NCBI GenBank assembly: GCA_934101625.1
Contig: CAKORV010000001.1
Coordinates: forward strand, 2,121-66,120
Reading direction: 5' to 3'
Length of the DNA stretch: 64,000 nt
Source: an uncultured Bacilli bacterium
GTDB taxonomy: Bacteria > Bacillota_I > Bacilli_A > RF39 > UBA660
Under the pieces are notes generated by a model. It was given only the letters and a program-made list of their open reading frames with translations, was not told where the DNA came from and searched no databases. Every line of letters starts with the position of its first letter. Within the stretch, counting starts at the first letter, position 1. The translations under genes were made by a program, and so were the position numbers. Positions 8,846-21,036 of the stretch are shown here, in pieces.

Positions 8846-10657
8846 ATGTGTGGAATAGTAGGAATAGTAAGTAAAGATAAAAATAAAGATAAAATAATTA
8901 AAGATATGGCTAATAGAATTCAACATCGTGGGCCTGATGGAGATGGGTATTATGTTAATGAAAATGTAGCTTTAGGTCATAAAAGATTATCTATTATAGA
9001 TGTTGATAAGGGATCACAACCAATGTTTAGTAGTGATAAATCATTAGTTATAGTTTTTAATGGAGAAATATATAATTATAAAGAACTTAAGAAAGAATTA
9101 AAAGAATATAAATTTAATACTAATAGTGATACTGAAGTTATATTAAATGGATATTTAAAATGGGGTAAAGAAGTACCTAGTCATTTAAGAGGTATGTTTG
9201 CTTTTATGATATATGATATTAAAAATAATAGTTTATTTGGTGCTAGAGATTATTTTGGTATTAAACCTTTCTATTATTATAATGAAGATGATAATTTTAT
9301 GTTTGCATCTGAGATTAAGGCTTTTTTAGGTAATCCTAATTTTAAGAAAGAATTTAATGATAAGTTACTTTCTAGTTATTTAAGTTTTAGTTTTACTCCA
9401 ACTAGTGAGACATTCTTTAAAGGAGTTTATAATTTAAAACCAGGACATACTATTAGTTATGAAAATGGTAATTTAGATATTAAGAGATACTTTAATATGG
9501 AATTTAATACTATTAATAATAGTTATGATGATGCAGTTGATTCTATAGATAAAGTTATGAGAGATTCAGTTAAACATCATTTAGTTAGTGATGTGCCTGT
9601 TGGATCATTTTTAAGTAGTGGAGTAGATTCATCATATATAGTAAGTCTTGCTAAACCTAGTAATACTTATACAGTTGGTTATGAAAATAATAAATATGAT
9701 GAAACTAGTTATGCTAAGGATTTAACTAATAAGTTAGGTATTAAAAATACTAATAAAATAATAACTAAGAAAGATTATTTTGATGTTTTAGATAAAGTTA
9801 TATATCATATGGATGAACCAACAAGTGATCCTGCGGTTACTGCTTTATATTTTGTAGCTAATATAGCTAGTAAAGATTTAAAAGTAGTATTGAGTGGTGA
9901 AGGAGCAGATGAATTCTTTGGAGGTTATAATTATTATAGAGAAGAAGTTGATTTTGCTTGGTATAATAAGATTCCTTATTTTATGAGACATATGGTAAGT
10001 AAAGTACTTAGTGTTTTACCACCAATAAGAGGAGTTAATTTTCTTGTTAGAAGAGGTGAAAAACTAGAAAATAGTTATGTAGGTGTTTCTAAAATATGGA
10101 GTGAAAGAGAAATTAAGAAATTACTTAATAATAAAGATGGGTATAAGATTAAAGATATAACTAAAGATGTATTTAATGAATATAAAGATAAAAGTGATTT
10201 GATTAAAATGCAAGCAGTAGATATTAATTTTTGGTTAGTTAAAGATATATTACAAAAGGCTGATAGAATGACTATGGCTAATTCTGTTGAAGGTAGAGTA
10301 CCTTTTGTAGATAAAGAAGTATTTAAGATTGCTAGTGGATTACCAACTAATTATAAAGTAACTAAAGAAAATACTAAAGTAGCATTAAGAAGTGCTGCTC
10401 AGAAGGTAATACCAACTGAAGCATATAAAAAGAAAAAATTAGGTTTTCCAGTTCCTGTTAGAGAATGGATGAGAGATGAAGATATTTATTTAGATATAAA
10501 GAAAAGTTTCGAAAGTGATATAGCTAATAAATACTTTAATACTGAATATCTTAATAAATTATTGGAAGAACATAAAAATAAAACTAAAGATAATTATAGA
10601 AAAATATGGAATGTGTATGTATTTTTAAGATGGTATCATGTGTTTTTTGAAAGCTAA
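8846..10657 (+). CDS. asnB: asparagine synthase (glutamine-hydrolysing)
   Basis: MCGIVG N-terminal nucleophile, HRGPDG, SGGVDSS-like PP-loop (LSSGVDSS). Confidence 0.9.
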   Translation: MCGIVGIVSKDKNKDKIIKDMANRIQHRGPDGDGYYVNENVALGHKRLSIIDVDKGSQPMFSSDKSLVIVFNGEIYNYKELKKELKEYKFNTNSDTEVILNGYLKWGKEVPSHLRGMFAFMIYDIKNNSLFGARDYFGIKPFYYYNEDDNFMFASEIKAFLGNPNFKKEFNDKLLSSYLSFSFTPTSETFFKGVYNLKPGHTISYENGNLDIKRYFNMEFNTINNSYDDAVDSIDKVMRDSVKHHLVSDVPVGSFLSSGVDSSYIVSLAKPSNTYTVGYENNKYDETSYAKDLTNKLGIKNTNKIITKKDYFDVLDKVIYHMDEPTSDPAVTALYFVANIASKDLKVVLSGEGADEFFGGYNYYREEVDFAWYNKIPYFMRHMVSKVLSVLPPIRGVNFLVRRGEKLENSYVGVSKIWSEREIKKLLNNKDGYKIKDITKDVFNEYKDKSDLIKMQAVDINFWLVKDILQKADRMTMANSVEGRVPFVDKEVFKIASGLPTNYKVTKENTKVALRSAAQKVIPTEAYKKKKLGFPVPVREWMRDEDIYLDIKKSFESDIANKYFNTEYLNKLLEEHKNKTKDNYRKIWNVYVFLRWYHVFFES

Positions 10658-10712
10658 GTGCTTTCTTTTTTTTCTTTAATATGGTATTATCTTTGTGAAA
10701 GGGAGTGGTAAA

Positions 10713-12491
10713 ATGTCTTTAACAAGTTATTTATCACAAATATTAAATGAAGAAATTATTAAATGTGGATATGTAATACCAGGAGATATTAATAAATTAG
10801 TTACTATATCTGGTAGACCTGATTTATCTCAGTTTCAATCTAACTTTGCTATGCAAATAGCTAAAGAATATGGGAAAAATCCTAGAAATATTGCTTTAGA
10901 TGTAGTGGAGAGTTTAAAGGAAAATAAAATATTTTCTAAGATAAGTATAGATGGCCCTGGATTTTTAAATATAAATGTTAGTGATGAGTTTTTAGTTCAA
11001 TTTGTTACTAAAATATCTAATTTAGATAATTTTGGTGTTAGTAAAGAAGATAAGAAAAAGATAGTTCTTGATTATGGTGGTGCTAATGTGGCTAAGCCTT
11101 TACATGTTGGTCATTTAAGGAGTGCTATTATAGGAGAAGGATTAAAAAGATTAGCTAAATTATTAGGTGATGATGTAATTGGAGATGTTCATTTAGGTGA
11201 TTGGGGTAGACAAATGGGTATGGTTATTTCTGAAATAAAGATAATGCAACCTGATTTAGTGTATTTTGATCCTAATTATAATGGAGAATATCCAAGTGTT
11301 AGTCCTGTTTCAATAAGTGATTTAGAAGTTATTTATCCTAAGGCAAGTAGTGATGCTAAAAGTGATGAGAATAGGATGGAAGAAGCTAGGATTGCTACTA
11401 AGATATTACAAGATGAAAGTGAACCTTGTCATAAAGGATATTATGAACTTTGGAAGAAAATAGTTGAAGTAAGTGTAGATGATTTAAAAAAGATATATGA
11501 TAGATTAGATGTTCATTTTGATTTATGGAATGGGGAAAGTGATGCTGATAAGTATGTTTCTTCAGTACTTAAAATATTAGAAGATAAGAAGTTAACTAGA
11601 ATAAGTGAAGGAGCTCTTATAATGGATGTTAGTGAAGATAAAGATACTACTGAAATACCACCTTTAATTCTTAAAACATCTGCTGGATCTATTGGATATC
11701 ATACAACTGAGATTGCTACTATGTATGATAGAATGAATAAATATAATCCTGATGAAATATGGTATGTAGTAGATAAAAGACAGGCATTACATTTTACTCA
11801 GTGTTTTAGAGCTGCTTATAAATCATCTATAGTTCCTGAAAGTACTAAGTTAAGATATTTTGGATTTGGTACTATGAATGGTAAAGATGGTAAACCTTTT
11901 AAAACTAGAGATGGTGGAGTAATGAAATTAGTTAGTTTACTTGAATTAGTTAAAGATTATGAAAAAAATATATTAAGTAAGAATGAATATATGAGTGGTG
12001 AAGAAATAGAAAATATTTCTGATATAGTATCTCAAGGATGTATTAAGTATGCTGATGCTAGTTCTAATAGAGAAACAGATTATATATTTGATATAGAGAA
12101 GTTTACTAATGTAAATGGTAAAACTGGGGCTTATCAATTATATTCTAGTGTAAGACAAAATTCTATAATTAATAAAGCTAAAGATATGGGATATTCTATA
12201 GATGGAGATATTGTTAATCCTTCTAGTGAAGAAGAAAGAAGATTATTATTAAGTATAAGTAAAGTTAATGATGTATTAAGAAGTGCTTATAATAATAAAA
12301 ATCTAAATATAATTGCGGATTATTTATATGAAATAAATTCTTTGTTTAATAATTTTTATAATAGTTTTAGAATATTAACTGAAAGTGATGTTAATAAGAG
12401 AAATTCTTGGATTAAGTTAACTAGTGTTACTAAAAGACTTAATGATATGTTACTTAATATTTTGGTTATTAAAGTTCCTGAAAAAATATAA
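10713..12491 (+). CDS. argS: arginine--tRNA ligase
   Basis: HIGH-type motif PLHVGHLRS, class I ArgRS layout. ATG 10713 follows a GGGAG RBS (track ORF starts at GTG 10695). Confidence 0.9.
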   Translation: MSLTSYLSQILNEEIIKCGYVIPGDINKLVTISGRPDLSQFQSNFAMQIAKEYGKNPRNIALDVVESLKENKIFSKISIDGPGFLNINVSDEFLVQFVTKISNLDNFGVSKEDKKKIVLDYGGANVAKPLHVGHLRSAIIGEGLKRLAKLLGDDVIGDVHLGDWGRQMGMVISEIKIMQPDLVYFDPNYNGEYPSVSPVSISDLEVIYPKASSDAKSDENRMEEARIATKILQDESEPCHKGYYELWKKIVEVSVDDLKKIYDRLDVHFDLWNGESDADKYVSSVLKILEDKKLTRISEGALIMDVSEDKDTTEIPPLILKTSAGSIGYHTTEIATMYDRMNKYNPDEIWYVVDKRQALHFTQCFRAAYKSSIVPESTKLRYFGFGTMNGKDGKPFKTRDGGVMKLVSLLELVKDYEKNILSKNEYMSGEEIENISDIVSQGCIKYADASSNRETDYIFDIEKFTNVNGKTGAYQLYSSVRQNSIINKAKDMGYSIDGDIVNPSSEEERRLLLSISKVNDVLRSAYNNKNLNIIADYLYEINSLFNNFYNSFRILTESDVNKRNSWIKLTSVTKRLNDMLLNILVIKVPEKI

Positions 12492-12517
12492 AAAGTACGA
12501 TATAACGTACTTTTTTT
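12492..12517 (+). terminator. intrinsic terminator of argS
   Basis: AAAGTACG-ATATAA-CGTACTTT stem followed by a T-run. Confidence 0.75.
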
Positions 12518-12656
12518 GTATTTTCATACATTTTGTACGATGGAACGTACAAAATATAAAAATGATGTGTTATTTTTATTAATGGTAATTAATTCTTATA
12601 AGTGTAAAAGTTGAAATTTTGTATTTTTTATGGTATCATTTATGTAGGAGAAAGAT

Positions 12657-12944
12657 ATGAAACGAGTAACTAAGAAAGATAAGAGAAGATTAATTGTTTT
12701 AATGATTATTTTTATTCCATTACTTACATTGTTTTTAAGTAATATGTTTAGTTATTGGTCAAATATTTATAAAAATATTAAAGAAAAGAAAAAATTAGAT
12801 GAAGAGTATGCTCTTAAGTTAGAGAAAGAAGAATTACTAAAAAGTGAAATACAAAAATTACAAGATGAAGAGTATGTTGCTAGGTATGCTAGAGAGAAGT
12901 ATTTATATAGTAAAGAAGGAGAAATTATTATTAAGATAGATTAA
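12657..12944 (+). CDS. divIC: septum formation initiator (FtsB/DivIC family)
   Basis: N-terminal TM plus coiled coil, ...EEYVARYAREKYLYSKEGEII. Confidence 0.75.
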   Translation: MKRVTKKDKRRLIVLMIIFIPLLTLFLSNMFSYWSNIYKNIKEKKKLDEEYALKLEKEELLKSEIQKLQDEEYVARYAREKYLYSKEGEIIIKID

Positions 12945-13032
12945 CTATGATGATATAGTTAATCTTTTATATTGACAAACATATGTATTTGATATAGAAT
13001 GAATATATACAAGAAGAATGGAGAAATAAATT

Positions 13033-15114
13033 ATGTTTGATAAATTAAGTGAAAGACAAAAAGAAGCAGTAATGCATAAAGAAGGACCTTGTTTAGTTCT
13101 AGCAGGTGCTGGAAGTGGTAAGACAAGAGTTTTAACGGAAAGAATAGTTAATCTTATTAATAGTGGTGTTAGACCACAAAATATATTAGCTATTACATTT
13201 ACTAATAAGGCAGCTAGAGAAATGAGAGAAAGAGTATCTAGAAGTATAGGTAGTGATGCTGATAAAATATTTATTGGTACTTTTCATTCTTTTGGACTTA
13301 AAGTTTTAAGAGAGAATGCTAATGTGTTAGGATATACAAATAATATAACTATTTTAGATAGAGATGATGTTAATAGTTTGATTAAAAAATTTTTAAAAGA
13401 AATGAATTTAAGTAGCGAGAATTATCCTATTAAATATATACTTAATAAAATTAGTTTTGCTAAGAATGAAGGATTAAGTCCTGAAGAATATAGTAAGTTT
13501 ATGACTAGTCCATTAGATCAAGTAGTTATTAAAATATATAAGAAGTATGTTTCAATGTTAAAGAGAAATAATAGTGTAGATTTTGATGATTTATTAATAT
13601 TACCTGTTAAAATATTTAAGAAGAGTGATGAAGTATTAGATAAATATCAAGAACATTATCAATATATTTTAGTAGATGAGTATCAAGATACTAATATGGT
13701 TCAATATGAACTTTGTAAGTTACTTGCTAGTAAATATTTGAATTTATTTGTTGTAGGAGATATGGATCAATCAATTTATTCCTTTAGATTTGCTAATTAT
13801 ATGAATGTTATGAATTTTGAAAAAGATTATCCTATGGCTAAGACAGTTTTATTAGATGAGAATTATAGAAGCACTAATAATATTTTAAAAGCTGCGAATG
13901 ATGTTATTAAAAATAATAAAGAGAGAAAAGAAAAGAATTTATGGAGTAATAATGGTGATGGAGATAAGATTAAGTATATTAGATGTGAGAGTGAATTAGA
14001 AGAAGCTAGAACAGTTATTAATGAAGTTAGAAAGTTAATAAGTAATGGGGAAAAGCCTAAAGAAATAGCTGTTTTATATAGAACTAATGGACAGAGTCGT
14101 GTTATTGAAGAAGCTTTTTTGAAAGAAAATATTCCTTTTAGAATAGTAGGTAGTTATTTCTTCTATAATAGAAAAGAAATTAAAGATTTAATTGCGTATT
14201 TACATTTAATATATAATACTAATGATGATGTTAGTTTGGAAAGGGTTATTAATGTGCCTAAAAGAGGAATAGGACTTAAAACTTTGGAAAGACTTAGGAC
14301 GGAATCTAATATTAGTGATGTTTCTATGTTTGAAACTATTAGTAGTGGTAAAGAGTTAGAGTTTAAAAATTTAATATTAGATTTAAAAGAAGAGAGTAAG
14401 AATACTAATTTAAGTGGATTAGTTGATTTAATATTAGATAAAACTGGAATGAGAAGTGAGCTTGAAGAGAGTGATACTTTAGAAAGTCAAATAAGATTAG
14501 AGAACTTGGAGGAGTTTAAAAGTATTACTTTGTCTTTTGAAGAGAAGGGAATTTATAATTTAGAAGAGTTTTTAGAAAATATTAGTCTTGTTAGTGATAT
14601 GAGAGAATATAAAGAAGTAGAAGATGGTGTTAGTTTGATGACATTACATTCTGCGAAGGGGCTTGAATTCAATGATGTTTTCTTAGTTGGTTTAGAAGAA
14701 GGAATTTTTCCACATATGAGAAGTATGGAAAGTGAAAGTGAATTAGAAGAAGAAAGAAGATTGTGTTATGTTGGTATTACTAGGGCAAAAAAACATTTAT
14801 ATTTATTAAATACTAGACATAGAACATTATTTGGTAAATCAAGTAGTAATATTCCTAGTAGATTTATTGGAGAAATTAGTAGTGATTTAATAGAAAGTAA
14901 TATTGTTGAGAATAAAACTATTAAAACTGGAGAAATGTATGAAAGTGGTAGAAATGATGATTTAAATGTTGGAGATAGAGTGAGACATGAAAGATATGGG
15001 GATGGAGTTGTAGTTAAAATTGATGGTAGTCTTGCGACTATAGCATTTGGATTTAAAGATGGAATAAAGCAATTAGCTAAAAATCATAAGAGTTTAAAAA
15101 AAATTGAATTGTAG
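13033..15114 (+). CDS. pcrA: ATP-dependent DNA helicase PcrA (UvrD family)
   Basis: LVLAGAGSGKTRVLTERI, ILAITFTNKAAREM, ILVDEYQDTN, LMTLHSAKGLEF, CYVGITRAK. Confidence 0.92.
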   Translation: MFDKLSERQKEAVMHKEGPCLVLAGAGSGKTRVLTERIVNLINSGVRPQNILAITFTNKAAREMRERVSRSIGSDADKIFIGTFHSFGLKVLRENANVLGYTNNITILDRDDVNSLIKKFLKEMNLSSENYPIKYILNKISFAKNEGLSPEEYSKFMTSPLDQVVIKIYKKYVSMLKRNNSVDFDDLLILPVKIFKKSDEVLDKYQEHYQYILVDEYQDTNMVQYELCKLLASKYLNLFVVGDMDQSIYSFRFANYMNVMNFEKDYPMAKTVLLDENYRSTNNILKAANDVIKNNKERKEKNLWSNNGDGDKIKYIRCESELEEARTVINEVRKLISNGEKPKEIAVLYRTNGQSRVIEEAFLKENIPFRIVGSYFFYNRKEIKDLIAYLHLIYNTNDDVSLERVINVPKRGIGLKTLERLRTESNISDVSMFETISSGKELEFKNLILDLKEESKNTNLSGLVDLILDKTGMRSELEESDTLESQIRLENLEEFKSITLSFEEKGIYNLEEFLENISLVSDMREYKEVEDGVSLMTLHSAKGLEFNDVFLVGLEEGIFPHMRSMESESELEEERRLCYVGITRAKKHLYLLNTRHRTLFGKSSSNIPSRFIGEISSDLIESNIVENKTIKTGEMYESGRNDDLNVGDRVRHERYGDGVVVKIDGSLATIAFGFKDGIKQLAKNHKSLKKIEL

Positions 15115-15123
15115 GTGTATTGT

Positions 15124-16209
15124 ATGTATGATATAAAAAAATATGAAAAACTTATATATGGAGAAGAAGTTGTACCGGATATCATAACTGAAGAGTGGTT
15201 AAAATATGCTTTAAGAAATGAAAAATTTAAGCAATGGGGATTTGCTTTTAGTGATTTAAGTGGCAAAAAGTTTGTTGGAGAATTTAGTGATGAAATCGTT
15301 AGACAAGTGAATTATTCAACTGCAACAAAGTTTCCAGATAATCATCCTTTTAAGTTTAATAGTAATTACTTTAAGACAACTACAGATATTGAATTGTTAC
15401 ATAAAGAAGGACTAAAGGGTGATGGAATTAAAATTGCTGTAATTGATAATGGTTTTAAAGTTACTCCAGGTGAATTAGAAGGTAAGATTAAAAATTATTA
15501 TGAAAGTTATGGTTCAAGAGGAGAACATTTTCATGGTGAGGTTGTTTTGTCTTACTTAGTTGGAAAAAATATTGGTGTTGTTCCAAATGCTGAGATAGAT
15601 TTTTATGATATTAATCCGAATTATTATGAAGAACATCCAGAATTAGTTACATCTGATGCTAGAACATTTTTTGGACAATTAACATATTCAAAATTATTAG
15701 AAATATATAATAGAAACTTAAATGGAGAGGGTATTAGGATTGTTAATATTAGTAATGGATATGGTAAAGCGTTAGGAGAAAAATATGAACAACTAAAAAG
15801 TAAACTTAGAGAAACTGGTTGCGAAGTTATAGATTCAAACGAGTTTGCTAAAAACTTTACTGTAGTTAATATGGATTTAAACAATAGTCAATATTATTTA
15901 AGTGATTGGCAAAAATCAAATGTTGAACTTGCAAAAGAAAAGATAATGGTTCCATGTAGTGAAATGATACCTCTTTGGGGAAGTCAATCTGATTATATGT
16001 TTCACGGGAATAATACATTTAGTTGGGGAATACCAAAACTATGTGGAATTTATGCATTAGCTTTGGAAGTTGATCCGAAATTAACATTTGAAGAGTTTAC
16101 TAAAGTTGCTAAAGAAACGACTGTTAATGTTGATGGATTTAATGTTATAAATGCAAAGGCAATTATTGAGCAAATTTCTTTAAATTTAGATAGTGAAAGA
16201 TCATTATAA
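15124..16209 (+). CDS. intracellular subtilase (S8)-like peptidase
   Basis: No signal peptide. Candidate triad: D in IKIAVIDNGF, H in EHFHGEVV, N in ISNGYG, S in NTFSWGIPKLCGIYALA. ATG 15124 lies 6 nt after AGGTG (track ORF starts at GTG 15115). Confidence 0.5.
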   Translation: MYDIKKYEKLIYGEEVVPDIITEEWLKYALRNEKFKQWGFAFSDLSGKKFVGEFSDEIVRQVNYSTATKFPDNHPFKFNSNYFKTTTDIELLHKEGLKGDGIKIAVIDNGFKVTPGELEGKIKNYYESYGSRGEHFHGEVVLSYLVGKNIGVVPNAEIDFYDINPNYYEEHPELVTSDARTFFGQLTYSKLLEIYNRNLNGEGIRIVNISNGYGKALGEKYEQLKSKLRETGCEVIDSNEFAKNFTVVNMDLNNSQYYLSDWQKSNVELAKEKIMVPCSEMIPLWGSQSDYMFHGNNTFSWGIPKLCGIYALALEVDPKLTFEEFTKVAKETTVNVDGFNVINAKAIIEQISLNLDSERSL

Positions 16210-16223
16210 AAAACTAGCAGAGG

Positions 16224-16568
16224 CTAGTTTTTGTCTTTTAAAAATCTTTTTAATAGGAATGTCATAAAGTATGGGAATGTATAAAATTTTCTATTAAATC
16301 CTATGTTTTTATTTCCTAATTTTATACCATATTTTATTTCTTTAAATGTATTCCTTTCTATTAGTTTATTTAAACTTTTTGTACTATTGTCATTTGCTTT
16401 TACTTCAACTGGAATTAGTGAATCTGTACTTTTTATAGTAAAAAAATTACTTACACCAAATTCTATAAATTTCACCGTTATATTTACACCAAAATCTTTA
16501 CTTTTTACCTCACAAATTATACCTTTTAAAAAAAACACAGAATTTCTGTGTTTATAAACTTGGGCCAC
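16224..16568 (-). pseudogene. 3' remnant of an AAA/DUF4143 ATPase gene (ATPase domain missing)
   Basis: ...SLIPVEVKANDNSTKSLNKLI...YGIKLGNKNIGFNRKFYTFPYFMTFLL matches only the C-terminal (I)P(I/V)EVK block of DUF4143 proteins. The upstream part is replaced by the 16552-17388 gene. Confidence 0.5.
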
Positions 16569-17388
16569 CTTGCATATTGTCCTTTTGAATTATTATTTCT
16601 AACATACTAATTATTTGATTATCTTTATCTAATTTATTAATTAATTCTTGTTTTTCTTCATTTGTCATATTAGGATTATTTAGTATATCTTTTTTATATT
16701 GTTCAATTAAATCTCTATAATCATTTAGTTCTTTTTGATTAGTTACTTTTTTTTCTTTTAATTTTTCAATTTCTTCTGTTAAAGAGTTAACTTTTACTTT
16801 TTGTTTTTCTTTTTCAAATTTCATTGTTATTTCTTTAGTTTGTTCTTCAATTGATTTTGTTTCTAGTTTTTCTTGTAGGAATAGTTTTTCAAACTCTTTT
16901 AATTCAGGGTGTTTATTACAAATATCTTTAATGTGTGAAACTGTCTTGTTATAATCATCCGAATATTCATCAACATTAGCTGTTATTGTACTAAATGTTC
17001 TTATAATACTTTCTATGTCTTTTTCAAATAAATCTTGATGTCTTTCTTTGTATTCAGTTATATTATCAATTTTTAATAGGTTGTTTTTAGTTTGCTCTAA
17101 TTCTTTTAAGTTCATTATAACTTTAGCGCGAGTTTCAAATTTTTCTTTTAGCTCTTTCAAGTCTGGTTGAGCATTAATTAATTTATCTACTAGTTCATTA
17201 GCTTTAGTTATATCTGCATCATCAAGTGTACTAGCTTCCATTATAATTTCTTCATACATATTTGTTAAACCTTTTATTAAATCTTCATAGTCAGTGGGAC
17301 TATTGGATTTAAATTCATCTAAATCTCTTATTACTCTGATTTCATCAAGTATTTTTTCAAATTTTTCTAAATTACTTTCCATATACAT
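16552..17388 (-). CDS. acidic coiled-coil protein, function unknown
   Basis: AGGAGAG RBS before ATG 17388. 278 aa rich in E/K/L heptad-like sequence. No recognisable catalytic motif. Confidence 0.5.
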   Translation of the reverse strand: MYMESNLEKFEKILDEIRVIRDLDEFKSNSPTDYEDLIKGLTNMYEEIIMEASTLDDADITKANELVDKLINAQPDLKELKEKFETRAKVIMNLKELEQTKNNLLKIDNITEYKERHQDLFEKDIESIIRTFSTITANVDEYSDDYNKTVSHIKDICNKHPELKEFEKLFLQEKLETKSIEEQTKEITMKFEKEKQKVKVNSLTEEIEKLKEKKVTNQKELNDYRDLIEQYKKDILNNPNMTNEEKQELINKLDKDNQIISMLEIIIQKDNMQGGPSL

Positions 17389-17641
17389 CTCTCCTATTTT
17401 AAGTTTAACTAATTAATTTATCTTTATCAAGAAATTGTTGATAAATTGACACTTATTAACATTTTGCTTTGTTAAATGATATTAGTAATTTAAAAAGGTG
17501 TTTGGAAAAGGTTTAATTTATTAAATTATTATGAAAGATATTTAGAAATGCTTTATAATATTTATGTTTATGAAATAAGTATATGATGATTTAATAAAAT
17601 TAAAATAAAATTAATGAGCTTTGTATGTTAAATAATTTAAA

Positions 17642-17900
17642 AAAATTATATCTAGTGGATTACCTATATACTATTGGAAAAGTAAAGAAGAAGCTGAAGT
17701 TGGCTTTCTTGTTGAAATTGATTATGATAGTGTAATTCCAATAGAAGTAAAGCCTTCTGAAAATACTCAATCTAAATAAAAACTTATTATAACTTATATA
17801 AACCTAAGTATATGATTAGATTAAGTACATAAGATTTTGGATATAATCCTGAAACTAAATTGTTAAATACTAAAAATTTAAGTAAATATATAAAAAGAAT
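17642..17900 (+). pseudogene. decayed 3' remnant of a second AAA/DUF4143 ATPase gene
   Basis: ...YYWKSKEEAEVGFLVEIDYDSVIPIEVKPSENTQSK then a stop. Continues in another frame as YKPKYMIRLST*DFGYNPETKLLN. Frameshift plus in-frame stops. Confidence 0.55.
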
Positions 17901-17969
17901 TGTTAACTGTAGATATATAAAAAGTTTTGTTTACTAATAATTGCATTTTTTGTATAATATAAGTGGTGA

Positions 17970-20308
<2,339 letters not shown>

Positions 20309-20310
<2 letters not shown>

Positions 20311-20338
20311 GTGTTTCGTAAGAGATGCCTTTTTATTT
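20309..20338 (+). terminator. intrinsic terminator
   Basis: AGGTGTTTC-GTAA-GAGATGCCT (with G-U pairs) followed by TTTTTATTT. Confidence 0.55.
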
Positions 20339-20351
20339 ATGTTTTAGTTTC

Positions 20352-20397
20352 TTGACAAATCTAATGAAAAATGTTAAAATTTCATTAGGTTTGTCAA
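20352..20397 (+). promoter_or_regulatory. abiE promoter embedded in an 18-bp inverted repeat
   Basis: TTGACAAATCTAATGAAA (20352-20369) and TTTCATTAGGTTTGTCAA (20380-20397) match in 17/18 positions. TTGACA-17-TAAAAT (20375-20380). Confidence 0.7.
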
Positions 20398-20409
20398 GGA
20401 GGACTACTT

Positions 20410-21036
20410 ATGGAAAGAATAACAATAAAAGAATTTAAAGATCAAAGTAATATAGAAATTATTGAATCTATTATGAAAATAAACAATGGATATGTTACTT
20501 CAAAACAACTATCTAATCTCGGGATTCATAGAATGTATCTTAATATTATGAGGGAAAAAGGTATGGTGGAAAAAGTTGGAAGTGGAATTTATATTGACTC
20601 TAGTAAAATAGAGGATAATTATTTTGTTTTTGGTCTAGAACTTCCAAATATAGTTTACTCACATATGACAGCGCTTTATTTTCATGGGCTTTCTATTAAA
20701 GCACCAAATGATAAATACGATATAACAGTTCCTAATAATTATTTTAATTATAAAATTAGAAATCATAATGTTTTTTATGTTGATAGAGATTCTTATAAAA
20801 TTGGTCTTACTGAAGTAGAAACTCCTATGGGTAATAAAGTAAAAGTATATGATATAGAAAGGTGTATATGTGATATTATTAGATCTAAAAATAGAATGGA
20901 TTTAGAACATGTTAAATTTAGTATTAAAGAATATATTAAAAGAAAAGATAAAGACCTTATTAAATTATCTAAATATGCTGATAGTATGGGTATAAAAAAT
21001 GAAGTGATGAGTTTTTTGGAGATGTTTTATGAATAG
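20410..21036 (+). CDS. abiEi: AbiEi-family type IV antitoxin / transcriptional regulator
   Basis: N-terminal wHTH-like NNGYVTSKQLSNLGIHRMYLNIMREKGMVEKVGSGIYI. Overlaps the downstream AbiEii gene. Confidence 0.75.
   Translation: MERITIKEFKDQSNIEIIESIMKINNGYVTSKQLSNLGIHRMYLNIMREKGMVEKVGSGIYIDSSKIEDNYFVFGLELPNIVYSHMTALYFHGLSIKAPNDKYDITVPNNYFNYKIRNHNVFYVDRDSYKIGLTEVETPMGNKVKVYDIERCICDIIRSKNRMDLEHVKFSIKEYIKRKDKDLIKLSKYADSMGIKNEVMSFLEMFYE

Noticed and set aside
16224-17900. The DUF4143 remnants as parts of a mobile element or insertion sequence
   Set aside because: There is no transposase or integrase, no terminal inverted repeats and no target duplications. These ATPases are not themselves known mobility genes.
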